Assembly: GCA_965153285.1 (NCBI GenBank)
Contig: OZ229126.1
DNA: 64,000 nucleotides
Strand: one strand, 5' to 3'
Source of the DNA: Podarcis tiliguerta
Taxonomy: Eukaryota
Shown: in pieces, positions 1 through 13,700 of the stretch
Layout of the letters: every line of letters begins with the position of its first letter
Position numbering within the stretch: the first letter of the stretch is position 1
Program-made: the position numbers and the translations under genes
Notes under the pieces: model-generated
The model's input: the letters and a program-made list of their open reading frames with translations, nothing else
Told to the model about the DNA's origin: nothing
Database searches by the model: none

Positions 1-292
1 ACTTCTGTGATTTCGGTGTTTGGGAGCCAAAATGTTCCAAAACAGAGGCATTTGGGAATTTCAAAGGTCAGTCCAAGAAGGCAGCTTTTATTTTCATTTT
101 TTCATGAAAAACATGTCCCCTGATGCCCAGTGTGGTGCTCAACAGCCCCCCCCCCCAACTCAAGCCTTCTGGGAAAACATTACTCTTTACCCCAACGCAG
201 GCATTAATGGCAGGCACCCTCTGGTGAGCAAGTCAAGGAGAGGAGCAAGGGGTCGGAGCACCAAGGGGAGAGGAGGGGAAAGGCAAAGGCAC

Positions 293-397
293 CTGCTTCA
301 GATCCATGCTGGAGTTCGGATGATTCCTACGAAGCACAGACTTTGGGCCTCCGGGGGCATATGCTGAGTTGACCCAGGAGTGAGAGCGGTCAATCCC
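293..397 (-). CDS. DOCK6: DOCK6 exon 23 (105 nt, symmetric phase 0) [35 protein letters not shown]
   Basis: CCTAG| acceptor, CAG|GTGCCT donor; [17 protein letters not shown] matches mammalian DOCK6 as recalled. Confidence 0.9.
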
Positions 398-3300
398 CTA
401 GGTAGCGTGCAAGAGAAGAGCAGGAAAGGAAAAACAATCAGAACCAAGAAACCAAGGGTAAAGAACCACAACCATTGCTGCTGTGATCGCAGAGAAGGAG
501 GAGGAGGGGGAGGAGCCTTAGTTAAACCAGGGCCTGCAATTTCCATGCAAGTGACCAAAGGAATGCACACAAAGCATCATAATGCATTAGAAGCCCAGGT
601 TTTCCATTGCCACAAAGCCCATTGACTTGGGGAGTTGTGTGCCATATGGTTTAACGGTCACAGAGTGGGGCACCAATTTGTAGGAAAGACAGGGAAGAAG
701 GACAAATAATAGGAGAGGACATGGCATGAATCACCTGTAAGGGTCTATTCCCAGGGTTCCCAACGTGGGGCACACACCCCACAGGGGGGACATTTGATTT
801 TTAAGGGGGGGCAATTCGAAAATGAGTTATTAACAGTGGTTTTTTTTGCATTTCATATGGTTCTAGGGGCCTCAGAGACAGTATATAAATATATATTGTG
901 ACATACAGTGGTACCCCGCAAGACGAATGCCTCGCAAGACGAAAAACTCGCTAGATGAAAGAGTTTTCCGTTTTTTGAGTCGTTCCGCAAGACGAATTTC
1001 CCTATGGACTTGCTTCGCAAGACGAAACGTCTTGCAAGTTCTTGCAAGTTGTTTTTCCTTTTTCTTAAAGCCGCTAAGCCGTTAATAGCCGCTAAGCCGT
1101 TAATGGCAGTGATCACCCTCCAATGTTTCAAAACAGCGAAAGTATTATTTCAGGCAATTGTTCTTCAGAGCAAAGAATTAGGATTAGTGGCAGGGTGGTA
1201 CAAGTTGGTGCTGGGCCCAGGAGGGTGGCGCTTGGGCAGTCATGGCAAAGCTCCCTGTTGCAATGACTACTGGGGTCTTATTTATGTGATTATTAAAATG
1301 CCAGATGTATACAGATAGTTTTTGACCAGTGGGAAACCTCTGGCCCTGTTAGGATATAGTTCAATTCCACCTTAAAAGGGTCAGGAATGATTGTTGTGTA
1401 TCACATGCCTGTTTACTCCCAGCACTGTCTGCTGGGAACTTCTGTTTGTATATAGCTTTTGTATTCCAGCTGTTTTCCTGGACACGGAGGCAAGCAGCCA
1501 TGTTTTTCCTTTGTTCTGAACTACGTTGAATAAAGCTGTAAATATGCTCTGTCTGCATCTTTCGTTGTGGAGACTCTGTTGAAAGGGTGTGCACGGGTCT
1601 TGGAATGTCTCTGAGGCTCGTGTCGCTAACTGACTGATGCTGTTCCATGGGAGACTGGTGATCGTCCGGAGACAACTGGGGGCCTGCCTGATGCCTCCGT
1701 CTCCCAGGGAGTATCCCAACCGGGCCTCCCCACTTGGCCCATGAGGCTGTTTCAGTCAAACTGCCTTCACCTGCCCTACATCTCATGTCACCTCCACCTG
1801 AAGTCATAAATGACATCTGGCCTGAGGCAGAAAAAGATGGCGTTTGCAAGCACCCATAAAATCCTGCACCTGCAAACCACCTTTAATTACTGGGGCTTTC
1901 AATTAAATGTGTCTTTGCCTGCGTGGTTTGATTTCGAACCATGTAGGCAAAAAAAAAAAGGGGGGGGGTTACTTGACATCACTGTGCCATCTGGTGACTG
2001 ACACATAAGCTGTCCCGCTCCTCTATCAAACCTGGTCGATGGAGGGTGGGGGAGATAAGGCTCTGATCCAAGGGATGGATCCAGCTTCACATCTTTGTGG
2101 TATATTCACCCAGTGCTTTTCAAGCTGCTGCTTTTGACCTTTAAAGCCCTTCACGGCCTAGGACCCTCGTACCTACGGGACCGCCTCTCCTGGTATGCCC
2201 CACGGAGAGCCTCAAGGTCCATAAATAACAACACCCTAGTGGTCCCGGGCCCTGAGGAAGTTAGATTGGCTTCAACCAGAGCCAGGGCCTTTTCAACTCT
2301 GGCTCCGGCCTGGTGGAACGCTCTGCCTCATGAGACCAGGGCCCTGCAGGATCTGATTTCTTTCTGCAGGGCCTGTAAGACAGAGTTGTTCCGCCTGGCC
2401 TTTGGCTTGGAGCCAATTTGATTCCCTCGCTCCCTCTCTTTCTTTTTTCTTTTCCTTCTCCTCCTGCAATGAGGCTACATTTTAATATTTTAATGTTCCA
2501 TTATTTTAATGTTGTATTTTACTTTTGTTTTTAAGTTGTAATCATTCATCTTGTTTTTATTATTGCTTGTAAGCCGCTCTGAGCCCAGCCTTGGATGGGG
2601 AGGGTGGGGTATAAATAAAAAATTATTATTATTATTATTATTATTATTAGATGCTCGGACAACTTTGGGACTCCCTCCCTGGAGAAGCTAGACTGGCTTC
2701 CTCCTTGTCCTTCTGCCAACAGGTAAAGACTTTCTTATTCCAAGAGGCTTTTGGGAACTGACTGCTTTTGATGAAAGGGTGGTGCTGTCGTGTTTTTATT
2801 GCAACTCTTTGTATGATTTTTAACTGATCTTTTATACCTATATATAGTTTTAATTCTATCATTTTGGGGTTTTTTCTTCTTCTGTGTTTTTAGCTGTTCT
2901 TATTCTATCTGTAAGCCACCTTGAGCCCCCATCAGGGGGAAAGGTTAAGTATAAAGAAATTAACAACAAGAACCCTCAGCAGCGCTTACCTTGCTGCCAA
3001 CAATCTTCTGAACCTCTTCATCTGGGGAGTTTGGTGTGGTGGTCAGGTCAGGGTTGCTGTTGCTGATGCTTTTGGAGCGAGAGAGATTCAGGCTGACAGG
3101 GCGCCCAGTTGTGCGGGACAAGGTGGCATACTGGATGGGGCCACTGTGGGGTGGCATTCCAGCCTCTGTAAAACACAAACACACACAAACCACTAGGTTA
3201 AGTCAAAGGACAGACGGGCATACTGGGGTGGGAAGAATGCTATTGAGGGATGACACCTCCAGCAGTCACAAATAGGCCACCGCTTCCTATGGCCATGAGA

Positions 3301-6300
3301 AGACGATACGCTGCCACTGTGTCCCAATTTACCCTCCATTCTTTTATCCTTGGATGCCTCCTCCCTGCACCAGAATGGAGCATCTCAAGCAAACAGTCCT
3401 TCTGGCTCAGCCAGAGGGCGTGATCTGGCCGGGACAAACTTCTGTGCTCCAGAATTGCTTCCCCCATAGGATCTGGGATACCTTCTTTTCAATCCTTGTT
3501 TTTCCTCCATGTTCCGGTGGAATGGCCATGTTTCGTTGTTGGGTTTTATTAGTTGGTGCATCTTCCTAAGCTGTAGCACTTTCTGTCCTCAACTCCCTAA
3601 TATCCCTATGGAGGTTTAAGGCTCTACAAGTCCTGCCTTTCCTGGTGGGTACCGTCAGTTGCCCATAAATCAGGCATAGGGAAACTCCGGCCCTCCAGAT
3701 GTTTTGGGACTACAATTCCCATCATCCCTAGCTAACAGGACCAGTGGTCAGGGATGATGGGAATTGTAGTCTCAAAACATCTGGAGGACTGGGGTTTGCC
3801 AACACCTGCCATAAATGGATATCCTCCTCTCTCCAGCAGAGCAGAAGAAACCTTCACTGTCTTTTGGCAAGCCCTAATAATCTTTTCCACCCTTTTTGAG
3901 GGTAGACCATCACCCAAATTTCTGAGTCGCTTTCCTCAAAAACGAGGACGATCCTGCCTCTCTGCATACCAGAGACCACTGAAGAGCAAGTAGCTGTGTT
4001 TAGTCCACTCCTTTTTCTGTAAGGCCAATAGTCTGGTTTCCCATCCCCACTGCCTTGTTCCTGGCACAGAGCTGCCACTGAACGCCAAAGGCAGAATGTA
4101 AAAGAGTCACTGCTAGGATGAAAATGTGCAGGGAGTGTTTACACTGAGAAGAAAATCCAGGGGCCTGGTGAAGGAAGCTCAGAACATCGGTGGCTGCCCA
4201 GCTCCCTTGCTCTTTGGTGCCAGATCTAATCTGCGCTTTTAACTGCCAGGCATGGTGCCAAAAGAAGGGGGAAACAGAAATTCCCAACCCTTGCAGCTAG
4301 AAAAGTTAGAGGATGAGGAAGTCTTGAGATTTTTCTATTTTTGTCCCCCAAGAGACTTTTGATAGTACTGCAGTCCATGGAGGACAAACACCGAATGATC
4401 CCCCTTCCCCTGGCCCCTGGGAGTCTGGGTTTTCCAGTGCTGGGTGGAAGGAGCCAGCTCATAACTGGATGCTGTCTCCCTTCTGGGTGAGAAACATGCA
4501 CAAGGGAGAATCTCAGTCCTCTCCAATGATGACAGAATTGAGATTAAGGAGGATGTGTTCACCACCCGTCACAGTGTGTTGGCTGAACAGGAAGGGCTGC
4601 TAGCTGGGAAGAGGAACTGCCTTCAGTGCCCTGTGCAATGGCCTTCACATGTATGACCATGGATGTGGGGAAGGACCAAAGTCTCTCTTCCCCTCACCAG
4701 AGCAAGCCTGTTTCGAAGCAAGTGGACTTTCCTTCACCAATTTCAATATGTGCCACGTCTTTCCCACCATCTCCTGCAAACCGCAACCAATAATCTCCCC
4801 TTATGCATCTCACTAAGAGTGTTACTATGACGTCATTTCACTATCAGAACTTCTTGATGATGGCTGGGGATGGAAGGGAAGTGATTGGTCCTCTTTTTCC
4901 AAGGGGGGGGGGTGCTCTAAAAACCTCCTCCATCATATATATACATTCACTACCACCAATAAAGCTCATTCCTCTCACCCCACCCCTGTCAAGAATACAA
5001 AGAGAATGAAGATCTCGTGATACTGTTAATATTGGCTGAGAGTACCATATTTCACTGCATAATGGTCACATGATTAATGATGATTTTTCTTTTCAAAAAA
5101 GCAGGGTGCAACTATTATGCAGTGGCGACCATTACGCAGTGAAATGCGGTAAATGCATAGCTTAGCTTAGGTCTCTAACCCGGTCCTGCAGGCCCCACAC
5201 AGAGAAGCAGGAGGCCAGCTGCACAGGTGCTGTTGTGGGCATGCACCCTTCTGCCACTCAGGCAGTTACCAGGCGCTGGGCACATCCACAGGTCCCAGCT
5301 GCCCGCCTCCAGGCAGGACCTTGCTGCTGTTGCATTTCTCCTCCATCGCTGGCTCTCAAGCCAGGCCTCCCCGCTTGCCACCGCCTTTGCTCCCCGTGCA
5401 AAACTGCCTCAACCTCCACCGGCTGAGGGCTGACTTGGCCAACAGGCAAGTCCCGCAGACAAGCCTGGGCCCGCAGCGGAACAGAAAGAGGGTGGGAAAC
5501 AGCTGTGCCAAGAGCTATTCCATTTACAAAAGCAGGGAAATGCCGTTGAGCAAAACAAAACACTTCAGAGCAAAACAAAACGTCCCACTGACACCCCCTG
5601 TGACTATTATGCGGGGAATGCTCTGGAGACTTATTTTAGGGTCCGAAAAAAGGGGGTGCAACTATTACATGGAGGCGGGGAGAGAGCTGATATGCATTGA
5701 GACTAGTAGGGTTGGAGGTCAACAGTAAGTGGAGTCAATGATGGGTGAAGCCATCTAACTCCAAGTCTCCATCCTGCTCCCTATTGAGCTCTACAAAGGA
5801 GGCACTGAAACAAAGGAGGAAGAAGCTGAGAGCCAGCTGGTTGTAAGTTGGGGGTTGGCTGGGGGAAGAATTGAGGGTAGCACCCCATTTGCCCTAATGG
5901 ACTAACTTCCAATGTACTAAGCCAGGGGTTGGGAAACTATGGCTCCTGGGCCAGATCAGGCCCACCTGAGTCCGGCCCGCACCGCAAAGTGGGAACCTGC
6001 CGCGAAACCAAGACTCCCAGCAATGTCATCGAGAGGAAGAGGCCAACCGGTGGCGGCTCTGCCACTCAAACGCCGTGCCTGGTTTACCTCAGCGGCGTTT
6101 GGCAGAGACGTTCCCGCGCCGTGCTGAGGTAAACCAGGCGCTGTATTTGATTGGCAGAGCCGCCATCGCTCGGCCTCTTCCTCCCACCTTTGCCACCCAG
6201 GTGCTCCTATGGGCCAGAGAGCAGAGTGGACGAGCTTGCTCCGCCTATCCACAAGAAGCAGCAGCAGTGGTGGTGGTGGCAGCAGCTTCTGGGAAGGTAA

Positions 6301-9300
6301 ACACAGCGACTGGGGCGGGGGAGTGGGGAGGACTACTTGCCCCCCTCTCCTCTTCTTCCAGCCCCCCCCCCCCCGTGCTGCTTCTCCGGCCCACCACAAG
6401 GTCTGAGGGACAGTGGACCGGCCCACTACTAAAAAATTTGCCGACCCCTGCCCTCAGCACATCAGCCTGAACTTCCTGTGCTCCATTTTGGGCTATGCAC
6501 TCTGTCCCTAAAAGCTACTAGTCTACTGCTATGACTCATCCGCTTCAATTGGCCTTAAATTATTCAGAAGTCCCATCTGTCCCACGTATGACCTTTCCTG
6601 GGAGGAAACTCATGGAGCCAAGTTAGGCACCTCCCTGAACATGCCCATCTATCCCTTAGGCGCAGGCAACCTGCTGACTAATTTCATGGCGATAGAGGGA
6701 GGAGGAGAATAAGTGGAAGGAAAGAGATGGTAGACAGAGAAGGAAGGAGCACTGCTCATTTTTGCCTCTCGACTCCAAGACTGCAAACATCTCACAGTGT
6801 CAGCTGGGTGCCAATCAAATCAGGCCACTGTTTTCCTTGGGACAGAAACACACTGCTATCAGCACAAGGAGCTGGGCATCTGTCATAACTCTGGAGCGCC
6901 TGGGTTGCAGACCAGGGAAAATGGCACTCAAGGCAACATGAATGACAGCCAGGCACTTGCTCCTACCCCTCCTCCTTCACACACATGGAACTAAACACTC
7001 CGTGCTATACCTGGTAAGCCTGGCTCTGCCACAGGCAGACGGAAAACGTAGAAGATGTAAGAGGCCAGCAGATGGTTGTGGCCATGCTGGTCCTGGCTGC
7101 TGTCAAGGTTCTTGTGGATCTGGTTCACCATCACGGCAATGGCTTCAAAGGCAGCACGGCCCAGGTTCACTGAGAAAATGGGGAGATGTGTGGACTCGTG
7201 TTAATGACCAAAAAGTGGCTCAAAACACCAAACACTGGAACAGAAAGGGCAAGCAAAGGTTAGATGGTTTTCAGCAAACAAGAAGGATGAAAGGCTGCTT
7301 GATCTTGGGAATTCATAGTGTGTTAGGGCGTGCATAAATTTGGAAAAAAGGAGCAAATGCGGGCTTTTTTATTGCCCAGTTTGCAAGGTCTACCACTTGT
7401 GGTTCTTCCTCCCCATCTGTAGCTCCTCATTTCAAGGAGCTAACAAATGCACAGGCTGCTGAAAACTAAAAACCAAAAGAAAACACTTCCCTACGTTTAA
7501 CCTGGAAAGAAGGTTGACCTTGTGCCAAAAATGTAGTGAATGTGTTTCCAAAAAATTATGTTTTCCTTCAGAAATCCTTACATAGAAAGATGCAGCTGTA
7601 GCTAAAATTAGGCGCAGAAGAATACAGATACAAATGGGACTTTGGTCTTCTTTATTGCTGTGTGCTGTACTTTAGAAGAAGAAAGGCACATCGTAAATCT
7701 TTCTCACTCACTGCCTCCAACATCTGCTTGAAAGCATGATGTGGGGTGGGGTGGGAAACATCAGGAGGGCTTCTTGACCCTGAAAGAAAAGACCTCTCCC
7801 CTTCCCATGAGTTCTCAGTTTTTGGCAGTTTTTGGTGAGGGGAAAACAACAAAACACATTGTCCCTAGCAAAAGGCAGATCTTTCAGAGAAGTGAATTTA
7901 ATTGTGACAGCAACACTGGCAATCACGTAAATGGAAAAGTAATAAGCAACTGTCAGTACAGTCATACCTCGGGTTGAATGTGCTTCAGGTTGAGCACTTT
8001 CGGGTTGCGCTCCATGGCAACCCGGAAGTAATGGAGCACATTACTTCTGGGTTTCGCCGCTCGCGCATGCACAAACGCTCAAAACGCATGCGAGGAAGTG
8101 GCAAAACGCGACATGCGCATGCACAGACATGCCATCGCGTCTTACGTTCCATTCAGGATGCGAACGGGGCTCCAGAATGGATCCCGTTCACATCCCGAGG
8201 TACCACTGTAGATGAATGGTTAAAACAACTGTGATACTGAAATGCCCCAAACATAACAGCCCTCCACTTTTATATTAAGAAAGGAGTTTTGTTCAAAAGT
8301 CGTCTCTTTTTTCCTGGGGAACCCCACCCAAATTTAACCAAATGAATGGTGCGCTCTTATATTTATGACTTGTTTTATGTGTATTTCTTTTTCATTCGAC
8401 TCTTCCCAACCTGCGAGCTGACTCATTTTAACACACACCCTTCTACTTCCAGAGTTATGAAGCCGGGATTCTATCACAACGCATGTTTCCCTTACCCTAT
8501 CCTTGGAGTAAGTGATGCCAGTATGGAAAACCCTGTCTCTTACCATAAGACTGTGCAAAATGTGAGAATGCTTCAATTTCAGGTTTTGAAGACCCTTTGT
8601 GAAGCATCCCAGATGCTCAACCAAAGAACTCAATATGGCCCAGACAATGGTAACCATGGGACAGGGAGTGGAATAGGAGGAGAAGCACAGCACTCACCAA
8701 TCTGCCCTGCGATAACAGGTGGGTACACAATGAGTTGGATGAGCTTGTTGAGAATCTGGTGGCTAAAGACAACCAGGGACTCCAAGCTAGCCACCCGTAG
8801 GTTGCCCACACTGGATTTCAGCTCAGAATCCATGTTGTTTTCTGTGAGGATTACGTCTTTTAGGCGGAAGGGGAAAGTGTATTCTTCCAGCACATGGATC
8901 AAGGTGAAGAACTTGTCCAGAAATGGGTCCTGCCAGGATAAAGGATAAGAAAACTATGGTGTAACTTAGGGTTCAAAGCATCTCTTAAATGTGGAGTGTC
9001 CTTTATTCATTTCAGCATCAATGGAAGAACAGATATGTGCTATCTCAAGAATCCTTTGCATGTCTTTGATAATTTCTCTTGGAAAGATTAAGGATTGCCA
9101 AATTGAACCAAACTGATGTTCAGTCTAGCTCAGTATCCTAAACCCCAGAGAGGTAAATGGCTCAGATGTATGTTCTCCCAACATGCATTGCTTTGATGAA
9201 GTAACCAAGAAAACCCCATTTTTCTCTCTGAGATGCTCCTTGATTTTTCCAAACTGAAAAATAAGGCAACTGTTTTTGAGCTTTTAAAAAAACATTGCAA

Positions 9301-10746
9301 ACAGCTTTCCATAAGCATGATGCTAGAAAGTGAGCTAGCATCAGGCTTTAATTTAGTTCGAGGCTTGGAGACAGGACAGTTGATGCAGGAGCAAAAATCC
9401 CAGCTGGCATGCAAGAACATGGCTCAACTGAGTCTTGCTTCTACTTGGCTCTACATTCCTTTCCTTGCAACATGAAAACCTCACCACCTCCTCTCACCTG
9501 AGTATGGACAGAAGACACTGCCAGCACCTCCACATTGAAGACCCCCTTGTGGTTATCCACCCACTTCATGCCAGGCAGCTGTACCTACAAAGAAGCAATG
9601 GGGATAAAATATAATGCCACTAAAGGGTGTCTGCAAAGGACTGAGAGAAGAAGGAAAGCTGGAGATGAAGCAGCAAGGAAAAGAAGAAGAGAACATTCCC
9701 CACTTCAGCATAAGCAAGGAGAAGCCCTTCAAGGGACTCTCCTTTCCCCCAGGCTACTTACAACAGCCGCTACTTACATCAGGGGTGAGTACTGAGTAGC
9801 TGGGAGGAGGCTTGTCAACAGACACAGGCAGGCAAAATTGTCCTGTTCTCAGCCGGCCATGTTGCATGAGGGGGATCCACTGGAGAGAGAGAGAAAAGGC
9901 CTGAGTGAGTCCTAGCAGGATGACATGTCTTCCCTTGTCAGTCCTTCACCTGCCCCTCCCTGCCCACAGACTGCCTTTACTGAGCAGGGGACAGCAGCAA
10001 ATCAAATCTTGCCCGCTGAGAAGGAAGATTTGTTACTGTACCCCACCTTGTAAATCTTCAGTACTTAAGGTGGATGGAAGGACAGGAATCCCCCACAGGA
10101 GATGGAAGGGCACTCTCTGTGTCCAGGGCAGCTGTCTACCAGCTCCATCTGGTATGCAGGCTGAGACGCTACCTGCCCGCAGACTGTCTCGCATGCTCTG
10201 ATTATCTGCCACTTGGACTACTGTAATGCGCTCTATGTGGGGCTACCTTTGAAGATGACCCGGAAACTACAATTAATCCAGAATGCGGCAGCTAGGCTGG
10301 GGACTGGGAGTGGCCACCAAGACCACGTAACATCAGTCCTGAAAGACCTACATTGACTACCAGTGCGTTTCCGAGCACAATTCAAAGTGTTGGTGCTGAC
10401 CTTCAAAGCCCTAAAGAGCCTCAGCCCAGTATACCTGAAGGAGCGACTCCACCCCCATCGTTCAGCCTGGACACTGAGGTGAAGCTCCGAAGGCCTTCTG
10501 GCAGTTTCCTCACTGCAAGAAGCCAAGTTACAGGGCCTTCTTGGTAGTGATGCCTGCCCTGTGGAACGCCCTCCCATCAGATGTCCAGGAAATAAACAAC
10601 TATCTGACTTTCAGAAGACATCTGAAGGCAGCTCTGTTTAGGTAAGTTTTTAATGTCTGGTGTTTTATCATCTTTTTAATATTCTGTTGGGTGCCGCCCA
10701 GAGTGGCTGGGGAAACCCAGTCAGATGGGCAGTGTATAAATAATAA

Positions 10747-10781
<35 letters not shown>

Positions 10782-13700
10782 GGCCTTCCACAGTGTCAGG
10801 ATATGGGTTCATCAAAGTCTTAAAGTTACCAGAAATCTTTTGCCACCGGAGACATGGGTTTTGAACAGAGGAGCTTCTGCACATGAGCTCGGCTTCTGAG
10901 CTACAAAACGCCATGGGTTCTGAAAGCACTCACTGTGTAGCCAACTGGGGTCTCCAAAGGCGTATTTTGCTTCTGCTGACAGCTGATATGGTAAAAGGTA
11001 AAGAGCAGGTGGTGGTTGTCTGTCAGGTTGGCTGGGATCTTTAGCTTGAACTCCTCGTAAAACTCAGGGGACCTGCAGGATACAAGAGGGATGTCACAGT
11101 GGTCTACCAGGAGCCAGCACTGGCTAAGCCTCACCCACCCACAGGGGATCAACTGCTCTTGAATGCATCAGACAATTTCTAATTTCCCTGGGAAAGAAAA
11201 CTGCCAGGAAGAAGATTGCACAGGAGAACAATGCTTATTTTTATGAGGCAGTTAGTTTGGGAGACCGCTGGTTCCTTATCCAGGGAGCTGTGCATCCTGA
11301 TCAAAGCAGCAACTCTCCCCTCCCTGCCTCATTTGCAACAATTATCCCGTACTGCCGCCATAGTTACTTAGGACTCACTTGTTATGGTATACAACAGCTG
11401 TGTAAGCTTCTTTTGCAAAGTCACTGCAACTCGATTTCCCAAAGATGACCTGGGGTTGTTAGGAAAGGCAGAAATAGACTTAGTCAGAGACAGGGAGGCT
11501 GAAGTCCAGCAGACCACAGGGAGGGAGCCTGAGGACGCGACGGTCAAAGGGGCACCTGGAAAGGCTATGCAATTTTCAATGTTTGCTTACAAAAAAAATT
11601 ACCCGGTATGTCTCAACGCTTTTCCACATTGGCTAGAGACTCACCAATGCCACTGCCCTCTCCTTAATCCCCCTGAGAAACTAAAAGGGGTGGTGGCGAC
11701 AGCAGCATCTGCCACCTGAACCAGGGAGGCTACAGAAGGTGTTACTTCGGTCATTGGCTAGAATTCAGCATGGAAGGTCACCAGCTGCCCACCCTTAGCA
11801 TGAAAGCACCACCCCTGGAGGCTTAGATCTGCCACAGATGTGGCTACATTTTCCCACAGATGAGGACTAGGATCTTGACCCAAGAGGGCCTCACAAGAGT
11901 AGAAACTGTGAATCGGCTTAGCAAAACTGTTCCCCCAAAACTACCGTATTTTTCGCTCTATTGGACGCAGTTTTTCCCCTCCAAAAATTGAGGGGAAATG
12001 TGTGTGCGTCCTATGGAGCGAATGCAGGCTTGTGCCATAGCCACGCGCAACCCCTCCGGCAGGGAGAGGCTGCACGGGGCTATGGCTTCTTTAGCCCTGC
12101 GCAGCGTCTCCCGGCAAGGAGAGGCTGCACGGGGCTAAAGGGGAAGGCAAAACAGCGAGCGGGATGGATCCCACTCGCTGCCTTGCCTTCTTCCATAGTT
12201 GCGCGCAACCCCTCCGGCAAGGAGAGGCTGCACGGGGCTGAAGGGGAAGGCAAAACAGCGAGCGGGATGGATCCCACTCGCTGCCTTGCCTTCTTCCATA
12301 GCTGTGCGCAACCCCTCTGGCAAGGAGAGGCTGCACGGGGCTATGGCTTCTTTAGCCCCACGCAGCCTCTCCCGGGAGGGAGAGGCTGCACGGGGCTAAA
12401 GGGGAAGGCAAAACAGCGAGCAGGATCCATCCCGCTCGCTGCTTTGGCTTGTTCCATAGCTGCGCGCAACCCCTCTGGCAGGGAGAGGTTGTGTGCAGCC
12501 TGTACGCTGCTCTTTGGGGCTGGGGGGGGGGAATATTTTTTTCTTGATTTCCGCCCCCTCAAAACTGGGTGCGCCCTATGGTCCGGTGCGCTCAATGGTG
12601 CGAAAAATACGGTATGTATAATTAAGAGAAATGGGAGAGTTCAAAATACAGAGAGGGACTGGCTAGGAGACTAAACTTTTGGGCAAAATGGCATATTGGG
12701 CTCTATGTTTTCCTTTCTTATATTCAGATGCTCCCTTGCTCCCCCACAGCACAGCCTAGATCTTTGCTCCAGAAGACCAGTGGAGCTGCAAAAGTTGTAG
12801 GGAAGCCACAGGGAGTTTGCCTCACTCACTGGCATGGCTTGGCCAGGGTCCTCTCCAGCCATGAACTGGAGCTTCACCGCGATGTTCCTCACTGAACCTT
12901 GACGGCTGCTGAAGTTCAGGCTTTGGGGATAAACATACAGCAGGTTCCTGCAAGAGAACGCGAATCTTTACAGTTCGGAGGGAGAGCGGCAGCAAATGTG
13001 TACATGGCAGAGAGACCCATAACTGATGCGATTGCCAGAACACCTTTTCCTTATCTGCAAAAGAAATCCATGTACACCTGCTGGGAATCAGTTGCACTCA
13101 AAGATTAAGGAACCACTTAGTAGGGATTTTCACAGGCTCTGCAGATATCTTAAAATGTGTTGTGTTCAGTTTCAGCCCACCAACAGCTCCTACTCCATTT
13201 ACTGCCCCTCTGGTCTCCCATTCCCCGCCTGCAGTTGGTCAGAGTTCCATATGCACAGAGCATGCTCAGTCCACACCAAACTGTCTTGGATCCTTTCTCC
13301 TCCCCGCCTCCACCACTTAGTTTACTCCTAATTATTTTTGCATTTCTGCAACTTGTCTCATGTCTCCCTTTTGCGAACGAGCAGTGCCCTTTTGGCTACA
13401 GAATGATCCACATTCCGAGACTGAGTTTGCAATGAGAACATAGGATCCTGCGCAGCTCACCATCGTGCAGAGAGTAAGTGTTTGCATGGAGCGGGGGATG
13501 AGAACACAGAAATGGCAAGAGATGCAGCATAAAGGTAAAAGAGCAGGAGACCTTTGGAGCATCAAGTCTTTGCATCACGCCAGTCCTTCATGCCACCCTC
13601 TCCAAGAGGCAGCAGATTACATAATGTTGCTCCATCCCACAGCCCAGCCAGGATAAACATAGCCAGCATTTGGACAGACACGCCACCTTCCCCTCCCCGC

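Noticed and set aside
8346-8948. 200-aa plus-strand ORF
   Set aside because: Antisense shadow of DOCK6 exon 20 with no recognisable motif.
12030-12500. CRISPR-like repeat array and 237-aa ORF (11961-12674)
   Set aside because: The units are contiguous with no unique spacers, lie inside MITE TIRs, and there are no cas genes. The ORF is a by-product of a GC-rich repeat.
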